A stretch of 64,000 nucleotides of DNA from Candidatus Cloacimonadales bacterium (GTDB taxonomy: Bacteria; Cloacimonadota; Cloacimonadia; Cloacimonadales; JAFGVF01), in the NCBI GenBank assembly GCA_963663475.2, contig CAXXJV010000001.1:1856001-1920000 (forward strand), in the 5' to 3' direction. Under the pieces are notes generated by a model, which was not told where the DNA came from, did not search any database, and worked only from the letters and a program-made list of their open reading frames with translations. This document shows, one piece after another, positions 60,870 through 64,000 of this stretch (the first letter of the stretch is position 1; the number at the start of each line of letters is the position of its first letter). The position numbers and the translations under genes are program-made.

Positions 60870-61244
60870 CTAAAGCACCGTATAGACCTTTGCAATACGA
60901 ACCTTACGACCTGCATCAGCTCTTGCTGGATAGAATTCAATTTTAGGGATATCTCTGCCAATATAATCTCTGTATTTAGCTTTAAAATTATCTGATAGTT
61001 TTAAAATATCAGTATCTGGATCATCAGAATTATTAACATCAGCAATTAGAAATACTTGAATATCATGTTCAAATGATAAGTATTTCTTAGAAGATTTATT
61101 AACACCTTTTTCACCTTCTAAAACAACAATAGCTGAGGGGAAGGAACATGGAATAGTATCTTTAGAAAAAGCGATATTTTTAGAAGAAATACCAGTGTCT
61201 AGGAGTGCTTGAACAATAGCGATACGTTTATCTTGAAAGGTCAT
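60870..61244 (-). CDS. Phage tail-terminator-like protein
   Basis: Size, FPSAIVV motif, coupled position in a head-tail joining module. Confidence 0.5.
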   Translation of the reverse strand: MTFQDKRIAIVQALLDTGISSKNIAFSKDTIPCSFPSAIVVLEGEKGVNKSSKKYLSFEHDIQVFLIADVNNSDDPDTDILKLSDNFKAKYRDYIGRDIPKIEFYPARADAGRKVRIAKVYTVL

Positions 61245-61705
61245 AGAACCACCTCAATAGAATCTAATTGACTAAAAATCCACTTCTCTTGATTCTTAAT
61301 AACCTCGGCAAAGACATTACGTTCAGCAATGCCTTCACGTTTTATTTTTCCTCTAATCAAATAGGCTATCTGCCCAATAGTAAGTTGTTTACCGGTCTTC
61401 TTATCAACCCAGTCTAAGCCTTTACGAGCAACCCAGTCTTTAAGTGGTTGAATTGGAGTCCAGGAAGGAACTTTACCCCCCAGAACATATTGCTCATGAG
61501 GTACATTAGAGCCCACAACTAAGTCAATAGAAGAGCTGTTGAAGCTGACAGCATAGCTTGTGTTTTGATAGAAATCACCTTTATCTTTGATATCTTTCTC
61601 TAAGATAAGTCTTCTGGTTTTACCTTCAATCACACTACCAATAAGATGTAGTTTACTCTCAATAGCAGTATAAATAGCTCTTAAAATTTCAGAATCTATA
61701 CTCAT
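61241..61705 (-). CDS. Phage neck/tail-completion protein (HK97 gp10-like)
   Basis: VGSNVPH..YV..G, P...LKDWVARKG, IAYLIRGKIKREG. Confidence 0.65.
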   Translation of the reverse strand: MSIDSEILRAIYTAIESKLHLIGSVIEGKTRRLILEKDIKDKGDFYQNTSYAVSFNSSSIDLVVGSNVPHEQYVLGGKVPSWTPIQPLKDWVARKGLDWVDKKTGKQLTIGQIAYLIRGKIKREGIAERNVFAEVIKNQEKWIFSQLDSIEVVL

Positions 61706-62127
61706 ATCACTGTTGCCCTGGTTTTATGATGTTTAACAGAAGAAGATCCAAATTTTAGCTCATCTAAACGCTTGATACCAAGAGAAGTAAGATAATTATA
61801 AATAGTCTCTAAAGCACGAATCTCTAAATCCTTTTTAAATGCCCTAATCTCACTACCAGTCAATAACTGGGTAGCTTGAGCATCAATACCAGTAGTCTTA
61901 ATAATCCCAGAACCAAGAGTTTTAAGGTTAAGGAAATCTAAAACCTGAGAAAGAATGTAAAAGCTATAAGCCATTTTATAGTCTGTAACTGAATCAATAA
62001 CTTCATTTTCTGCTACTTTTCTAAACCACTGCATAACACTGTAAGAGTGTTCATCAAAGAGCATTATGATCTTCTCATCTTCAGGTAGGTTTAATATCCT
62101 AAGCAGTGTTTCGGTTTCTATCTTCAT
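61702..62127 (-). CDS. Phage protein, possible head-tail adaptor
   Basis: First gene of the coupled module; size and context only. Confidence 0.5.
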   Translation of the reverse strand: MKIETETLLRILNLPEDEKIIMLFDEHSYSVMQWFRKVAENEVIDSVTDYKMAYSFYILSQVLDFLNLKTLGSGIIKTTGIDAQATQLLTGSEIRAFKKDLEIRALETIYNYLTSLGIKRLDELKFGSSSVKHHKTRATVI

Positions 62128-62321
62128 CTATTCACCTTTTATTAATCATTTTGTTTTATGAGCCTATATAAAACAGAATATGAAATGGTGGCAAACTGGG
62201 ATGCAAAGAGTTAACACAGAATAAGATAAATAGCTTAAAAAATGGTAAAAATAGTCGAGAAAGAACTTGATACAATTGCCTGGAATGGACAAATGGAGAC
62301 ATAAATTAAAGGGAGATAAAG

Positions 62322-62762
62322 ATGAAACAGTTGATAGAAAACATTAAGCAAACCTTAGGAGCAAGGGTGTTTAAGAACAGAGATCAAATAAGATACTCAA
62401 TCGTATGTAGCATATTAAATAAAGCTGGAATCGATATCTGGGATAAAAGCCAAGTTATGCAAGGACTTCACTTAGAATTAAAGGACAGCGTAAGTGTAGA
62501 TGCAATAATAGTTTCAGGAGAATACAGGGTTAATCAATATGCTATACAAGTTATTGATTATAGTAAAATGATTGAAAATATAAATGCTTACTTAGAATTA
62601 GCAGACATGTATTCAGGAATGTGCAGAACCAAGATATGGCTAATTACTAATGGAAATCACTGGATAGCATATAATTCAGAAAGTAAAGAGCAAACTAAAA
62701 TAACGATATTTATGGATGAAATGCGACACATTGCAGATTTTATGAGTACTTATCTTAGATAA
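62322..62762 (+). CDS. Hypothetical protein resembling the type I restriction HsdR N-terminal domain
   Basis: WLITNGNHW motif; GGGAG RBS. Confidence 0.5.
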   Translation: MKQLIENIKQTLGARVFKNRDQIRYSIVCSILNKAGIDIWDKSQVMQGLHLELKDSVSVDAIIVSGEYRVNQYAIQVIDYSKMIENINAYLELADMYSGMCRTKIWLITNGNHWIAYNSESKEQTKITIFMDEMRHIADFMSTYLR

Positions 62763-62780
62763 AATAAAGGCAATAAAAGT

Positions 62781-62806
62781 AAAAGACTGTGCGAGGACAG
62801 TCTTTT
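62781..62806. terminator. Bidirectional intrinsic terminator between convergent genes
   Basis: aaaagactgt-gcgagg-acagtctttt. Confidence 0.8.
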
Positions 62807-62815
62807 CTTTGCAAG

Positions 62816-63192
62816 CTAATACAACCAGATATTATCAGGTTTAGTTTTATCTACATCAACGTGGATAAAGCCTTTACTGATGCCAATTCTACTAAATCCA
62901 ACAATTGCTAAAGCACGTAAGATTTAAGCCTGGACACGCTATCAGGAACTTCAATATCAACAGCTAGTCCTGTTACATGAGCAGAATTATTAACTCCACC
63001 TACTTGCTTGTTATGTTTTTTGCATCTGTAACCACTAGAAATATTAAAAGGAATCCCAGCTAGACTTCGAGCTAAGTCTAACATGAAAACTAGTTTTCGA
63101 GAAACAAGAACTTTACTACAACATGGACATTCAAACTCACTCTTAGAGAAGTGTTTGACGTCTTTCCAATTTATGAAGTTAGATTTAGGCAT
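62816..63192 (-). CDS. Peptidase M15A (phage endolysin-like), 1-nt frameshift near 62924
   Basis: EFECPCC, SSGYRC..HN..VGG...SAH..G.AVD; continues ILRALAIVGFSRIGISKGFIHVDVDKTKPDNIWLY* in another frame. Confidence 0.85.
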
Positions 63193-63649
63193 ACTCTAAG
63201 AATATATACTAAAAATTTTTAACAAGTCGAGTGTATGCATATACAACTATAAGATGATGTTTTATGATAAACGGTAGTTTTTTTATTTTGTAATATTATA
63301 ATCAAGAAAGAGGTCTAAATATGGATATTTCTTATGCCAGCACAAAAAACATTATAAAAACAGGCATACCCCAAAAAACTGCAAATAGCAGTATGTTAGA
63401 TGTTTATAATGACTATTTAAAATATATTAATGCTGAGAGAGAGTAGTGTTAAGGGATATTTATATCAAAACCACTTGTTAGTTAGAAATTTAATTAAACA
63501 AGCCACACAGCTCTAATATTAAGTCATTTTTTTTAGTGAATTGTAAGCAACGGATATATATAAAATAACTAAAAATATATGTTGCAAAAAAGTGTTCCAT
63601 TATACAATTAGATTCACAACAAAATAAAATCAAAAGGAGTATTCTAACA

Positions 63650-64000
63650 ATGATTTCAAAGAGTTATAATGTGTTAAAATTACAAGGAAAATTATCAAAA
63701 AGAGAAAAAAGTTATCTCAAGGCTTAACAATACCAGAATCTAAAGCCTTGAGAAACATAACAAAAGGTGGCATTTCAAGTGAAACATTAATAGTTAGGCA
63801 AAAAGCATTATCTTTGCACGAAAAGATTAATTTAGATAAAGTATGTGAGAAATTATATCGTAATCTTAAAAATGATAAGTTATCTGATGTAATTAGTGAA
63901 AATATAATGAGATCCAATTGTTCAAAAGCTACTGATGAAACTTATTTCATAGCTGATGACTCAGATTTAATTAAACATAGATCACATAAGATTGAAGGAT
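63650..64000 (+). mobile_element. DDE transposase N-terminus (IS4/IS701-like), frameshifted near 63710, runs off window
   Basis: AAGGAG RBS and ATG 63650; shifted frame KLSQGLTIPESKALRNITKG...YFIADDSDLIKHRSHKIEG resembles the first catalytic-Asp motif. Confidence 0.6.

Noticed and set aside
63321-63446. 41-aa ORF ending YNDYLKYINAERE, faintly like an integrase N-terminus
   Set aside because: Too short, with no recognisable continuation or catalytic residues.
63700-63715. Programmed -1 frameshift at AAAAAAG in the transposase
   Set aside because: The zero-frame codons are GAA AAA AGT, so the heptamer is not in A_AAA_AAG phase; an indel is more likely.

Overview
AT-rich bacterial chromosome segment, most likely from Candidatus Cloacimonadota (inferred from PorV plus FlgD-Ig/T9SS-type C-terminal cargo proteins and an anaerobic [FeFe]-hydrogenase). 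Bases 1-48,300 are mostly core genes: potDABC, an alanine racemase with a long extra C-terminal domain, phoH, radA, two tandem cytoplasmic PAS-PocR-GAF hybrid kinases divergent from a trimeric [FeFe]-hydrogenase operon with a reduced Hfs-like regulatory module, gltX, holB, HU, mtnA, cobB, holA, uppP, a porV/T9SS-cargo cluster, tRNA-Leu(CAA) and mfd. An accessory region follows tmRNA (48,454-48,803). It holds a structured 155-bp tandem repeat fused to the tmRNA CCA end and leading into a stand-alone GIY-YIG nuclease, then a REP-flanked RAYT remnant. Next is a decayed prophage whose middle (portal C-terminus to a probable tail gene) is replaced by an ~8.2 kb block: broken ECF sigma factor, small secreted peptide, two lipoprotein-like genes and a 1478-aa secreted beta-helix protein. 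A frameshifted DDE transposase lies at the window edge. At least four families of palindromic intergenic repeats are present, one with a compensatory base-pair change. Several single-base A-run indels may be sequencing errors. All calls are from reading the sequence; no searches were run.
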